From NCBI GenBank assembly GCA_001244265.2, contig CDLV01000006.1, positions 806,001 through 870,000 on the forward strand: a DNA stretch of 64,000 nt. Direction: 5' to 3'. Below are positions 49,020 through 62,544 of the stretch, one piece after another. Each line of letters opens with the position of its first letter. Positions within the stretch are counted from its first letter, which is position 1. This DNA is from Microbotryum violaceum. Its lineage: Eukaryota. The position numbers and the translations under genes were made by a program. Under the pieces are notes generated by a model. The model was not told the origin of the DNA. It ran no database searches and was given only the letters and a program-made list of their open reading frames with translations.

Positions 49020-50505
49020 CTACCGTGCGTACGGGTGCTTCTGGTGTTGGGCTTGGTGAGAAGTCGCGTGCGATTTCGTCGGGCCAACGCCTGCCGAGTC
49101 CTGGCCAGGGTTGGGCCCTGGCGAGTTTATTTCGAGCTCATCTGTAACGACTTTCTTGGCCCGTTCTGCCTTCTTAGCCTTCCGTGCTTTACTCGGTCGA
49201 GGCTTGAGCTTGTAGAGGCCCGCCTCGTCTCCGCGAACCAAAAGCGTGTGCCGCCAGCCGCTGAGCTCGTTCGTCTCCTGCTGCCCCAACATCGAGCGCA
49301 GTTCCGATGTTGTTAATCGAACAAAGTTGTACACCTGTGCGGGTGGTGGCGAGAAAGATAGAAAAACAGTGGAAGGGGGAATGAGATCAGCTCCCCGCAA
49401 GCTGTCGATGCACTAGCGATCAGGTGCCATAGGAACTCACATTGAGTTGACCTGCAGGGGCACGACCGTTGTGCGGAGACAAGAGGAATCGCAAGATCAG
49501 TATGGCACGCCCTGAACGCTGCCCATCTTGGGAGTGAAGGGAATAGCAGAACTCACGCGTAAAGCTCGCAATATTTCCATGGCCAAATAACGCCGGCAGA
49601 ACGTCGCGCGTGAACCGCTCGTTGTGAGAGACGACGAAGGACGTGCCGGGGGGGCTGCAGCCCGCGTCAGCTCGACCGCCACACTACTACGCAGTGATGC
49701 GATGGCACTCACTCCCAGCTGACCACATCGCTGAAATCGCTCGGGTTTGCGAGCATGTGATAGAGCTTCAGAATGAACGGCTTGGGTGCGTCGTCATCGA
49801 AGGAGGGCTGCCCGGTAGCAAGCTCAAGCTGTCAGCACGACGTGCCAATCGCACTCCGTCGCCAATGTTGGTGCTCACCTGTGAATCCGCTTCAGATGAA
49901 GTGCGCCCCCCGTGGAAAGAGCTAGCACTGGTCGAGCGGAAAGTCTTGCCGTTCGGCGGCCTCGGTGCAACGGTTGGGGTATATGGGTTTGCTGAAAGCA
50001 CCGAGAGCGGCGGCAGTGAGTGGCCGGAAATGTGTTGGGGGGACAGGGGTACCGGTAGCCCATACGACGAGGACGGGTACGAGTGAGATGTGGCCGCAAA
50101 GTAGCCCGTGGGTAGCCCGGTATGCGGTTTTCGCGTGTTTGCATATGACCATTCGTTGTTCCAAGATGTTTGCAGTGTCGGGTCGCTGATGGTTTGCCGA
50201 GCTCGGGAGCTCGAGTCGTAGGACGAGCGGTGAACGAACGGGGTTGGGGCTCCGTACGCCAGTTCCTGTCCTCCCGAGTGACCGCTCAGCGAGTTTCGAG
50301 GTGTCGGCCAAGGCTCGTCGTATTGGCCGTACAACGGAAATGTCGGACTGGGCAGACAAGAGTCGTCCTCTTCGCGAGAGTGAGCGAAGGCCGGAGCGCT
50401 CGTCGCCGCGGACTCCCGAGAAATGGAATCCTGGGCTGACAAGTATCGGTACGAGCTTCCAGACGGAGAGCGGAGGCTGTCAATCTCGCCATAGCTGTAC
50501 GACAT
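49020..50505 (-). CDS. HSF-type DNA-binding domain transcription factor, multi-exon; 3' end uncertain
   Basis: Spliced reading: PKPFILKLYHMLANPSDFSDVVSW / GTSFVVSHNERFTRDVLPALFGHGNIASFT / RQLN / VYNFVRL..GWRH. Confidence 0.85.
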
Positions 50506-53500
50506 GGTGGTTATTTTTTATTCAATCAGGAAGGTGGTCTTCAAGACGGGCGGGACGAGGAGCAAGTGAGGAATAGTGCAGAACGACAAAAGGCGGGCGG
50601 GATCAGTGGTGGGAGGTCGGTCGGCGGCTGTAGGACTCCACTTGACGGGCAATCTCTGGCTTGCAACGCGGCGCCGATCAAAAGTCGACCGGGTGGCCAG
50701 GCACGGCGATCGAAGGGTCAGCTAGGACCCGTCAAAGTCAAATCAGGCCTCGTGTTTCATGAAGCCCGCATCAGCACAGGAGTCAGGACAGTACAGCCTG
50801 AGACTTTCACAGATCGTCGTTTTTCCTCTGTGAGACATTTTTCGCCGCCCAAAGCTTACCAGTTGCCACTTCCCAACTTCCCAACTTCTGAGGCAGCGGT
50901 GCTTACGTAGTGCCCGGCGCCTCCCTAACACGGGCAACCCTCAAGCGCACGGAATCCATGTGGCTATAATCCGCAACGGTGACCATCCGCAAAAGCTCAA
51001 TGTTTTCCGGCTGGATTCCCTATGCGATGCAAGCTATTACAACATCGTTTCAAAAAATTACCAGGGATGGCAATGTATCCAGAATATGACATGTGGATGA
51101 AGAGGGTACAATTATGGACTCGCGAGTGCGCTTCGAAGCTTCGACCCTTCGCGCGTGGTCAGCGGTTCTGGCCAATACATTGTCATCCCTGGCAATTTCT
51201 GACAAGTTTATGTTGAAATATCTTGCATCTCATAGGTAATACAGCGGGAAAACATTGAGCTTTGCACATAGGCAGGCGTTTTCTTTGGCTGACTAGTGAC
51301 GATCGCTCCTTGACTCGATTGCTCCGGCCTAAGGGCGTAATTAACAACCCTTCGCCGGGATTTCGAAAATGAATTGGGTACACCTACCTGGAACCGCAAG
51401 AGTGTGTTATCCTCAAAATCTGAGCCCCCCTAATTATCTGATGCCTCTTAGGGAAGCCGGCCCCTGTACTGCAGTTGCCAACGTGTAGACCTGCCCCGAC
51501 ATCAACATTCACGCAAGATAGTGTGGCGAGGTCCCATTTACTCGTGCCGAAGCGGATGGCGGCCAATTGTACCAACCTAAGTAGGTACCTAGGTGGTCGG
51601 CAGGTATGTTCTCCAATTTTTTATTCATTTTATCCCGCAGGTACCTACTCCGTCTGGATGATCAGGCCCCTCACTTCTAGGTCCACACGAACTATCTGGC
51701 AAGCGGTCGGATACTTGGGGCGCGGTCTCTAGAGGTGAGTAGAAGGCACCGTCTCTATTGAACAGCCGAAGGCACGACGCGCGTGTCAATGAGCTCGGGT
51801 TTTTGACCCGCCTATCGGCACGCTGAGCTTTTGCTGATCCTTGCACCCAGCTACCAACTATTCGACATTCATCACATCTATTCGATGAAAGTACGCTCAA
51901 GCCCCGCCGGGGGACTCAAGTACTACTAATAAGTGCAGGATGAACTAGCTAGGGACCTCGCAAGTTTGCAAAAATGAAGTTTCGGACCACCGTCGAAAGC
52001 TGAGACACAATAAGCACCGATTTTCACGCGCGAGCGAACTTGCCTGACGGTCCCACGACCTCACGAGCGAAGGTCAAGGAACCGTCGCGCGAGTTAATGC
52101 CGCGCGTGCCTGACCGCCTGACACGTCAAAAGTGAACTTAAGCGCCGAGCGGGGTCCGGGACCCTGGGTCCTGCGGCCTTGCAGCCCTGCGGCCCTGCGG
52201 CCCTGTGACCATCCGCCCGTACTGAGTCCGATGTATGTAAGCGCCGAGCTGAGCGTCGAGCGCTTATAAAAGGCGGCGCCGTGCGAATCCTGGTAGATCA
52301 ACGTTGTATCTATGCCCGGACCCCTTTTTACTATTCCTCCAGAACCAGGTGATCCTTATTCTTGTGGGTTAGATTCCTCTAATGGCTGAACCTTCTTTGT
52401 TGGAAGGTGAGTTTAATGGTAGGCCGGAAAGTCGGGGCTTTGACAGCTTTTGATTCTCTCGTTTTGAATAAATAGCTTGCTTCAAATTTCTTGCTCTGCT
52501 GCGGTACACTGAGCAGTAGTGACTATGACAGGTGAGCGGGTGAGTGACTCAAAATGCCCCTTTTTCGAGGTGTACTTTTCGTGGCAATGATCTTTGCGCC
52601 GCTGCCGTACATAGTAGGTACCTAGGTAGGAAGGTATCTAGATGAAAACAAAAATCAGAGCTCCTCGTTCCAATTCTCGTCCCAAGGCCACCACAGACGG
52701 CGCGCGATACAACGAGATCTAGAGTCCAGCCCACCAGTGTACTCCCGTGAGCATCTTGGTAATGTCGACTTGTAGTGTGTTCTAGTAGCGATTTTGGTAC
52801 ATCCAGCATTGGTTGTACCGTATCAAATGCTAGCTTTTTCGCCGTGCGAATCAGCGAAGAGCTTCACAAGGAACAGAAAAGAGAGTCAGCCCGGCGGGCC
52901 TGATCAGAGACGGCCAGGGATGTGTGACGAATTACCGCCGCGATAGGCAGATTTGCGTAGGCACTGAAGACAATGCCCAAACCTAAAAGTTTGTAAGCCG
53001 TAAATCGCTTTTGGTACCTGCGTTCCAATTACTGGTACCTGGGAGGTATCATCCTGCGAACGGTGACTTCACACTACAAGCGCGCTCGCTCAGTAGGTGC
53101 CGCTGCTCGACCAGGGCGGGCGGAGTCACGCGTGACGTGTCACGTTTCGCATTGCGAGCAACCGCCGCGATAGTAGGCGCGCATTTTATTTATTTCCACC
53201 ACACGTGATTCATTGCTCGTCAACGCGTCAACCTCAGTGCCTTGGTGTCGGCGTGGTGGAGCAAGTTGGAGTGCACTCAACAGCCTGGTTATCTCTAGTT
53301 AGGTACCTGCCACATTGAGAGCTTGTCCGTCACTGTACTTCTGTAGATCGTTTTAACCCAGCTTGGGTATTCAGGTAGGTACTTACTGATTACACTTTTT
53401 CGAGGCAGGTTAGCGCGACCTTATTACCATGCAGCGTGTTCACGCGTGCTTTTCATCAAGAGTAGTTTGACATCCAATTGATCCATATACCCAGCTTCAA

Positions 53501-55718
53501 GTAAATTGCAATTCGAACGCGCCACTGGCCGTATCCCTTCAGCCCGGGTTGCTGAGGCGAACCGAGCACCGGGGTCCGGCGGTCGATCTACTAGCTGGGC
53601 TGCTGAGAATCTATCCACCTACCTGAGCACACCTGGCCACCTACCCCAGTGCACTATAGGTTGGTGTTTTACAAGATGTAGGCTACTGGAAGAGTACTCG
53701 CCGGGGCTCCGAAGCTTCGAAGCTGACTAAACCCCTTTTCCATGGCTTTGCGCGCATCGGTCCTCCTCCGCAGATTCCGATTTGAAACATGCGTCCACGC
53801 TCAAGCGTTCACAGCTTTTGCTTGTGGTACCTCAAATAGTTAAATACTGCGATGATCTCGACTACATGAGCATGGACTGTCGAATTCCAGTTGAATCTGT
53901 CTGACACCAGTGCATACTCCGGCCGTAGACCCACGTGCCGTGGTGCCAACCGTGTCCATGTAGGTAGGCTCTAGTGCCAAACGTGTAAGCATGTGCATGC
54001 AATCTCAGGATCTGCGGGACCTTGCATTTATAACTGGACTTGTCACTGGAAGACTCGCCCGTCGTCGTTAGGAATCAGATACACCGACCGAGTCATGATC
54101 AGTTCGTCGGTCTAGAGCGCCAAGCGCCAACGGTAGGATATCTTTCGGTCTCGGCCGTCGGTGTTAGGCCTCTCCCGGCCACGAGCAGAGACTGCATCAA
54201 GGCTACCTGCAGTGGGTAGCGCGGCTAAGCGTTTCAGCTATCTTCCTCCCTGCGTAGGTACTTCTTGCAGGTATGTGCTTGGGTAGGTGCGTCAGAAAAA
54301 GCCGGGTAAAGAAGTACATTGCAAAGTATTCATGGCGCTCGCCCGAGGTTGCGAAGAACTTGGGGCGTCGACTGCCGTGGTCCAGATTCCGATTCGGCGC
54401 CAGACCGCGGGCCCTTGGATTTAAGGACCTACCGCCGGTCCCAAGGGGTCTAGGCAGGTGATGGACACTTGAGCCGCAAAAGGTCGGAAATCTAGCCCAA
54501 TCCTGCCTTACTTACCCCTTTATAGTTCGGTAGACTCCGCCCATTGGTGCCTAGCTCTGTTTGAAAGTGGGCGCCATCATCATCCGGAGTTCAAGATCGG
54601 ACTCGATCCGCCCCACCCCCCGCGTAAAGAAGGACCGCTTCGATACGGGTGTGCTCGGTGTTTGACGCCTCCCGGCGCGAGAGTGAGTTCATTTTCGAGA
54701 CAGGAATTGTCTTTGTTTTGTAAACGAGCTGGAACAAAATCCCGATCTCGCACCCGCAGCCTCGTTTTGTTCCGGGTTTCGCGTCTTATCGACCTACTAA
54801 GGTAAGCGGATCAATCGGTGGTCTCCGTTCTTCATGCGGTGCCGGCGCTTCGTAGCTGCGCACCGCCCCCTGCGACCAATAGGTACTGACTTCTTTAACG
54901 TGGCACCTAATTACTGGGTAGGTACCTATGAATGTGCGTAGATAGACTTAGCTAGCTAGCTAGCCCAACCTACCAGGCCCTCGCTCCTTACGGGAGACAG
55001 AACCAGACAGACAGCCCCCAAAGGGTTTTTTCTCAGGAAAAGAGACTTCTATACTCAAAAAAAAAAAAACATAATTATGTACCAGAGACGAACCCATAGC
55101 ATGCGCATCATGCTGCCGGGATTATGGGGAGCGCGGGGCTGTGCTCGTCATTCCCACCCGCTCGGGACTTGACAAAGAGGCACTTTTTCCTATGGGTTTC
55201 TACGTACCTAATAGGGATACACCGCGCGAATATAAGGAAGGTCGCACGAGAGGAAATTGAAGTGACACATATCTAGGATGGTGGGCTATCGCGAGTAGAC
55301 AAGGATTTGAACCCTTATGATGAGCGCACAGAATCGACCGCTTCCGGAGTTCCAGAGGCTCAGTCCCCTAATCGCTTCGCATTATTTGATTGTCCCGGCC
55401 CACCACCTCACGCCCCCCAGCTGGAGCCCTACTCCCACCACATTGAAGCTGTGTAAGAGGATGAGATGCAACATGAGCCTGATCTGGTTCGTACAAGGCA
55501 AGCCATCGGCTTCCCCCCCGCCAAAACGTATCAAAAAGCCGAAGTGCGACCACACTCCCTGTATATGCAGCTGACTCAACGTCTTCAACCACGGATCAAA
55601 ACGCGAAGTCTCAAATTTCAAGCGCCCATAAAATCGTTACAACAAGGGTGAATACTAAAACGAAAGAATTGATCGTTGGTCCAAGAGAATCTCTAGGGGT
55701 CTAACCACTCCGAGGTGC

Positions 55719-57913
55719 TCAAACGTATTGCGCCGACCCTCCGTCTTCGACCTTGAGTTTACGGTCGACGAACCTGATGACGAAAGCGAGCGCGGCGGAG
55801 CAAAGGAAGACGAGGTCGAATAAACGAGAGAAAACGGAGAATTCGGGGAGGGTATCTAGGAGGCTTGTTGTTGTATCGTTCGATCCAGGGGTGGAAGGTA
55901 AGGAGATGAGCGAGGTCAAGAGATACATCGCCTGTGGGGAGATGGAGGGAGCGGTGAGGTCAGCATTTCCTCGTGGTTTCTTTGACGGGATTCACGGTGG
56001 GACCTACCATCAACTCGGCGAGGAACAGAAGCATAAAAGAAGCCGAGACTCCGGTCGAGGTCGCGCGGAAGATCTGACGAACGGCAAAGGGCAATTCAGC
56101 ACTGAGTAGACCGAGGGGACCGGGCCAGGCATGGAAGAACGCACCCTCGAAACACTTGCTAGCACACTTCGCATGTTGGCTAGGATGATACTCGCAATCA
56201 AGACCAGACCAAGGATCCTCGACCATACGGCAATGTCGATATTGACATCGAGCAGGATCGCCAATCTCGCCAGCAACGACGTGATGAGGTCGGTGCCATC
56301 CTCATCCGGACCTACCGATTTGTTGGGATGCCGCGGATTCCTCGAGTATCCAAAGACGAGGTTGAGACACGAGACGAAGACCCTCCAGACACAGTACACG
56401 CTCAGCAACCACCCTGCGACGAGCCACACGCGCCCTCTGAACGATCGCCCCATCTCCCTCATTTGCTTGCGGCGCTTCATCGTCTCGACGCCTTTGGTCA
56501 TCGCACCTTCGATCGATTCGAGGGCGCCTACCTCGGTTTGAAGGCTCTTGAGATGAGCTGCGGCGGGGCTCTTGGATGTCCATCGGGAAAGGAGGGACTG
56601 GCCCGCGGTGGATTCGGCCTCTCGAGCAGCGGAGCCTTCGGCGAGTTGGAGTGCGCGAAGACGTTGCTGAAGGTCGAGACGAGTCCGGTACAAGGATCGC
56701 TCGGCCGACAAGACTTGAGCCTCCGTCACGGCCTCACTGATAAGTTTCGGAGAGGAGTGAATCCAGACTGTCAAAAGGACGCTCTGCTACCTCTAGACAC
56801 GAGCTAAGCGGCTACTGACGAAGACGAGATCATCCGCCATTCGTACGATTCCCACGCTGTGTTGATCGCTCCCAAGCCCGAAAGCGCGGCGATGAGGAAA
56901 ACACCAGGCACGCAAATCTTTGACAGAAGATTGTTGACCACACCTGTGAAGCAAAAATAACCTCGATTAAGTCCATGTGCAGCGTCTCCTAGCCCAGTGA
57001 TAAACTTGCCGAGGGACGTCGATCCTTCGAGGTCGATTTTGCTTGCAATGTACCATCCGATCCAGTTGAACGCAACCAAATAGAACATAAAGGGCAAGAG
57101 CACAAAGACGAGCGTGCGCGTGAAGCTGCTCTTGGACGACTTGGCCCGATTCGCGAGCAAGACACACATCGCCAGAGGGATGACGAAGACGATCAGGCCG
57201 AGCAAGGCGAGTAAGCTGATGGACCAATTCAGTGTCCGAGCCCTGCGTGATCGTGACCTAGAGTCAGCACGACAAGTTTGAGCTGCTGAACATGTCACGT
57301 CGACCCACTTATCCGATACGGCATCGCCAAAAAGTAGCAGGGTGAAGAGCATCGACGACTCGGAAAACGCGAGACAGAACAAGGCCGTCGCCGAACGCAT
57401 GTAGACCGCGCTTGAGCTGCCCTTGGATCCACTGGGCAGCCCCGCGCTCGATTCCTTTCTCGGCGGGTCCGTGCCGAGTCTCTTGGTGCGTACGGTAGGA
57501 CTCTGTGGTAAGGCCGACGAGATGCCAATTTTGGTATTCGACGCTCCGTTGTTCCCTGTTCCTCCCGTTCCCGTTCCCGTTCCCGTTCCCGTGCCGGAGC
57601 TGGCTCCCCCACCCGCCACACCTGCGTGAGTGCTCGAGCCGATCGACGGGCCCAAGCTGAGCAGTGCGCTCCCGTTACTGGTATTGGCTTCGTCATCGAT
57701 TTCTTCCAATGCGATCGCCCCCCTTGAAGGTGATTCGAGCGGTGCGGCCAAGGTCGAATCCTCGCTGACCGATCGCAGGTCGACGAACAGGGACACGTTG
57801 ACGTAGCGTGAGGCGACCACGAAGAACGTCGACCGCAGCAGCGTCAACGCCGCCGTCTCCCATAACACACTGCTCGTTGAAGTCCCTCCTGATCCTCCAG
57901 AGTCAGAGTTCAT
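55719..57913 (-). CDS. GPR89/GTG (Golgi pH regulator-like) membrane protein, multi-exon
   Basis: LFCLAFSES..LFTL, ICVPGVFLIAALSGLGAIN, YCVWRVF, WSRILGL, YLLTSLISL, FSRLFDLVFL. Confidence 0.82.
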
Positions 57914-58265
57914 CGTTTGGAAAAGAGTGTGCGAGGTCGTCTGGAGCCAAGCAGCCCGAAGAGGACTCAGGAGGCGCTTCGATCGGCGCCAACCCGTGAG
58001 CGCGGCCAGCGCGACAACACCAGACACCACCGAAACCGAGGAGCGCGAGCTAGCGCGAGTGCGAAACCAAACCAAGCCAACCCGTCGCTTGCCGGCTGGA
58101 ATGACTCTTTGGGCATGTACGAGATCTATGCGCACTGCGCACCCGCAGCACATTATGCACAAAGTCATATATAATGACGAGGTAGACTGAAAATTGCAAA
58201 AGGAAAAGAAAACGCTGCTATGGTTGAAACAAAGGTGAACGAGAAGTGGGAGAACAAGCCAGCTA

Positions 58266-61200
58266 TCAAGGTGTAGGAGCTCCTAGATCCTCCCCTTCTC
58301 GCTCTCGGTCCCTTTCACTCCGTGCGTGGGCCTCGCTCAATCCAGGTGTTGCTTCCGTTGCTGTCCTTGGTGCAGGTGTCGGTGTTGGAGTTGCTGCCGC
58401 GGGTGCTTGGGGTGGTGCAGCGGCTGCGGGCGCCGGGACGGGGCCATTCCGCACGGCAACTTGTGGCATCCCCTCCGGCGGTGGAGGCCTGATTTGCTGC
58501 CCCTGGCGCATATAAAGCAACCATCCAAGCAACACGCACAATCCCACGATCGCAATCGTGCCCGTCAAGTCGTCATCGCCATCGATGAAAAAGTCATCCT
58601 CGCCTTGGTTCTCGTTACGAACGCCACGACGCCAATCCGCCGGTTCCTCATTCGCTTCGAGGGCGCGTTGCGCGTCGGTGAGATCATTGTGAGCGGGTGT
58701 CCCGGCCGCTGGAGCGGGTGCAACTTGCTGACCGACTTGTGCAGCCCCTAGTACTTGCTGCCCACCTGCTGCAGCGGCATCACCCCCTGCCGCTGGCGCC
58801 GCTGCCCCTCCTGCTCCTTGCTGCGCGGGTTGAGGAGTCGGCTCAAATCCCCATCGTTGTTGAATGTCGCGCCATGCCTGACTGAATGACCAAGCGCGGT
58901 TCGCGGTAATCGACGATCCCACGATGCTCGTCGGCGGGTCCGTAGCGAACAACGCCTTCGCCTTTGTCTCGTCCTCGCTCGCGTCGACGAAGAAGGCGTC
59001 ATAAGCGGCACGGGCGTACAACGACAGCAACGAGAGTACCGAAGGGAAGTAGGCGTCGTACGAGTTTTCAAGCGCCATGTCATAGTACCTCTTGGCCATG
59101 ACGTAGTCCTTGTTCACGCCGTGGCCATGCTCGTGCATCCACCCGAGGTTCCACATCGCCATTGCGCTCGTACGGGTGTTGACGGCCGAAAGATAGCACG
59201 CCGCGGCCTTCTCTACATTGGAGCCAGCCTCGTTGCCGATACCTTTGTAGTAATAGTCGCCCATCTTTACGAGTGCATCGACGTTGTCCTGTGCGGCCGA
59301 TCGAGTCCAATAAGCGAGCGCGAGTCGATCACTCGCGTTGTCGGCGTGTCCAACATCGAGGAATGGCATACGCAGGTTCTGCTTGTCGCGGTCGAGGATC
59401 CACGCGACATTGTTCTGCGCCGGCTCGTACCCTCGTTCGGCCATGATCCAATACCCGAGTAGCGCCTGGTGCTCATCCCCACGTTCCCAAGCTCGCTCCG
59501 CTTCCCACCACACCTCGTGGCCCCAGTCACCTCGCTCGGCGACGAGTTTGTAGAACTGCACCGCTGTAAGGCATTGCTCGGCTCGATCGGGGGAACGAGC
59601 GCTCAGCTCGGCGAGGTAGTAGTACGACTGAAAGGTATCGGGTACACGGTTACCATCTTGGCGGATTGCGTGCTCAAAGTAGGTCGTCGCTATCACGAAT
59701 TCGCCCATCCCAAAGTGGTATTTACCGAGGTTGACTTGGGCCTCGGCCAAGTCTTGTTGAGCCGCGGCGCCAAAGTAGAGGGTCGCCTTTTTGAGGTCGC
59801 GCTTGACGCCGAGACCATCCCGGTACATGATCCCTAGGCCGTTGTTGGATTCTCGATCGCCGCGGGAGGCGCCTCGGGAGAACCATAGGAACGCCTTGGC
59901 GTAATTGGCCGTCGCGCCTTCGCCGCGGAGATACATCCTACCGAGGTATCCGGCGGCGAGACCACCGACCATGGCGGTGTGATCGTCCGCGGTCGATTTC
60001 TTGGGGTCCTTGGTCGCCTCGTAGATCAGTTGAGGCGCGTCTCGGACCTTGGTCTCTGGATTGCGCGTCGCCTCCTTACCGTCGGTCGCCCAAACGGTCG
60101 ATGTGACTCGAAGGAACCACTGACTCGCCGCACGGAAGTTTCTCCCGCCTTCCCAAAGGTTATCTTTCAAACCTGGCATTCCGACTTGCAAGCGACCGCG
60201 ACCTCCCCTCGTTCCACCGAGACCGTTACCTCCAAAGCCTTGGTAGTACAAACGCCCGAGCTTGAACTGGTACGTCACGTCCCCTCGCTCGGCGTGAAAG
60301 TGGTGGAACTCGAGCAGATCTTGCCATTCTTGCTGGGTACGGATGTTGAGCGCACCCGACGGGGACTTGACCGATGCGGAGGCACCGGGCCCGTAGGATC
60401 CGCCTTCGAGATCCGAGAGACGGATCTTTTGCGACGGCAATAAGCGGCCACCCGGCGGTCCTGCGTTGAACGTGACCATGGCTGAGAGAGTCGAAGGGGA
60501 CATGTGAGGTGGGATCAGGAATCATCACTTCAAGCAGTTCAACTCGAATGAAATCACTTGCCCGCATCAGCTGCTCGTTTGTACCAACCGAGTGCATCTT
60601 TACACGACTGCTTGGTCCCGATGCCGACCCAATGCCGATAGCCAACCGTCATCGAAGCGGGGACGTGTCCAGAGAGTCCAGCAAAGGTATAATACAGCAG
60701 GGCCTGTGTTGAGCAGGATAAAGGCTTCAGTCAGATTGCCCCAGTCAGTATCGCCAAGCAGGAAGCAGACCCACATCGCCCTGTTGTCCTTCACCGGGGG
60801 TGCCTCCCAGCGCGGCTCCGTAATTGGACCCGTAGATAAAGCCGAGTTTGTACTGCGCCTCGGCAAGACCGTGATCCTGCGAGGCCTTGGTGAATGCTTG
60901 GATAGCCAAGTGGGTGTTGGGTTTGAGCGTGAGGTGGCCCGTCTGTAAGAGTGCAAGTCAGAGGCCCAGACTCGGAACGAGTGCCAAATGGGAAAGCTCG
61001 GCGCCGAACTGACCAAATACAAATCTCCCAACAACAGCCAAGCCTGGGCGTGGCCCATTTCTGCCGCTTCTCTCGCGAGTTTGACGACCTCTTGCAGGCC
61101 TTCAGTGACCTCATCAACGGTGAGGGATTGCCTGGGTCGTCCCGAATTGGCGGCACTGCGATGCTGGAAGCTCGCCAATCGATGTTTCCATGCCGTTCCG

Positions 61201-62164
61201 ACGACGACGGTCTCCCCTTGTTCGTTGGTGAGCTTCTTGACGCCCTGGTCCGACATGGACGAAGCGCTAAGCCTGATCAAACTGGTGACGGCGGACCCGA
61301 GTCTGCCGATCGCGCCTCGGACACTCCAATCGGGACTGGTCAAGTTTGAAGCGGTAGCCTTCGTCTTGCCCGAGATGGCACCGAAGGCCTTGCGGAGGGC
61401 GCGCACCCCTCGACCGGTTGTAGTGCCAAGATGGGATTCGAGGAGGTCGAGGAAGGGGGTGTAGGACGAGGGCTGAAGCAAGGGGGCGTAGGGCGTCGAA
61501 GCGACCGCGCTCGCATGCAGCGTGATCTGGCTCAAGTACTTGTCGGCGATCGCATACTTGTCCGCAGCGGAGAGTATCAGGTTTTGGGCGATTGGCGGAT
61601 ATGTTTCATGGTCCGGCTGGGGGAGGAGAAACCGGAAAGAGGAGGAGAAAGGATGCGAGGGACGAGTCAGTGGTTGACCGTTGTCTGGCTGAGGAGGTGG
61701 TGCCCGGGGTCAGGTCACACGAGTCGCTTCGGCGAGGCCCAGGGGCGACGACATGGAATGCGTTCGTCCCCCAAAGACCAGAAAAGAGTCGGCCCTGGTT
61801 TGGGGGGTGGTCGAGGTCGAGTATGGTGCGGGGATGCTTGTAGAAGAAAGAATGCAAGGCGGCCACGTCACTGGGGACGGCGAACGGACCTCGGAGATAG
61901 GCAGTTCTGTTGCAGCGTCGGCAGCCTCAAAGGGGATCTGCTCTCTATCTTGCGCATTCACCACTGTTGTCAAGGAGTTCGAGTGGTCAGCTTGGGGGTC
62001 CCAGAAGTGGCGCCGGTGATTGGTGAAGACGATTCGGTCGCACACGCCGCCTCGGGCTCGATGACGAACGGCGAGCACGGGGAAGGGGAGGGAACAAAGG
62101 CGAACTGACCGAGTGCCACGAGAAGCAACACCGAAGCGAGCGATCGCCATAGGATGGACCTCAT
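58266..62164 (-). CDS. HRD3: Sel1-repeat ERAD component (Hrd3/SEL1L), multi-exon
   Basis: Signal peptide, many Sel1 repeats, MAERGYEPAQNNVAWILD, DALVKMGDYY, AMWNLGWMHE, AKRYYDMAL and a C-terminal TM helix. Confidence 0.9.
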
Positions 62165-62544
62165 TCTCTCGCGCACGAAACGCACCAACTCGCAGAGGGG
62201 CGATGCGCGGAAGACAAGCGGCCGTCGCAGCCGGTCGGTCGGTCGGATGGAGGCTCGGTACTCAGTAAAGGAGTGGGGGCCGGCACTTGCAGCGGCGAGC
62301 GAGCCGCCTCGACGACAATGCGCATTAGAGCGCGCTGGTCTAAATACCCGACTGCGGCTAATACCCCCCTTTTTGCGCGAGCGCATCGCATCGCACAAGC
62401 TGCGAGGCTCGGAGCTGCGCCGCGCTTGGTTGAGCTCTGCACGCTGTGCATCAATCGACCTCGTCTCTGCTCGTTGGAATCTTCCTGCGCGGTCCGTGTG
62501 AAGGACTGTTTGCGTGCATCCACCCACCTGTGCACTCCGCCCCG

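Noticed and set aside
52160-52540. CCCTGCGG repeats, TATAAAA and splice-like signals suggesting a small spliced gene
   Set aside because: No coherent reading frame or homology could be assembled.
54440-54520. SRP RNA helix 8-like AGGTCGGAAA inside a hairpin
   Set aside because: The conserved partner strand (GGAGCAG) is absent.
55440-55510. TPP riboswitch-like GAGCCTGATCTGG
   Set aside because: P5 does not pair and the other core motifs are missing. It looks more like an intron branch point (GTAAG...CTGAT...AG) of a possible small gene I could not identify.
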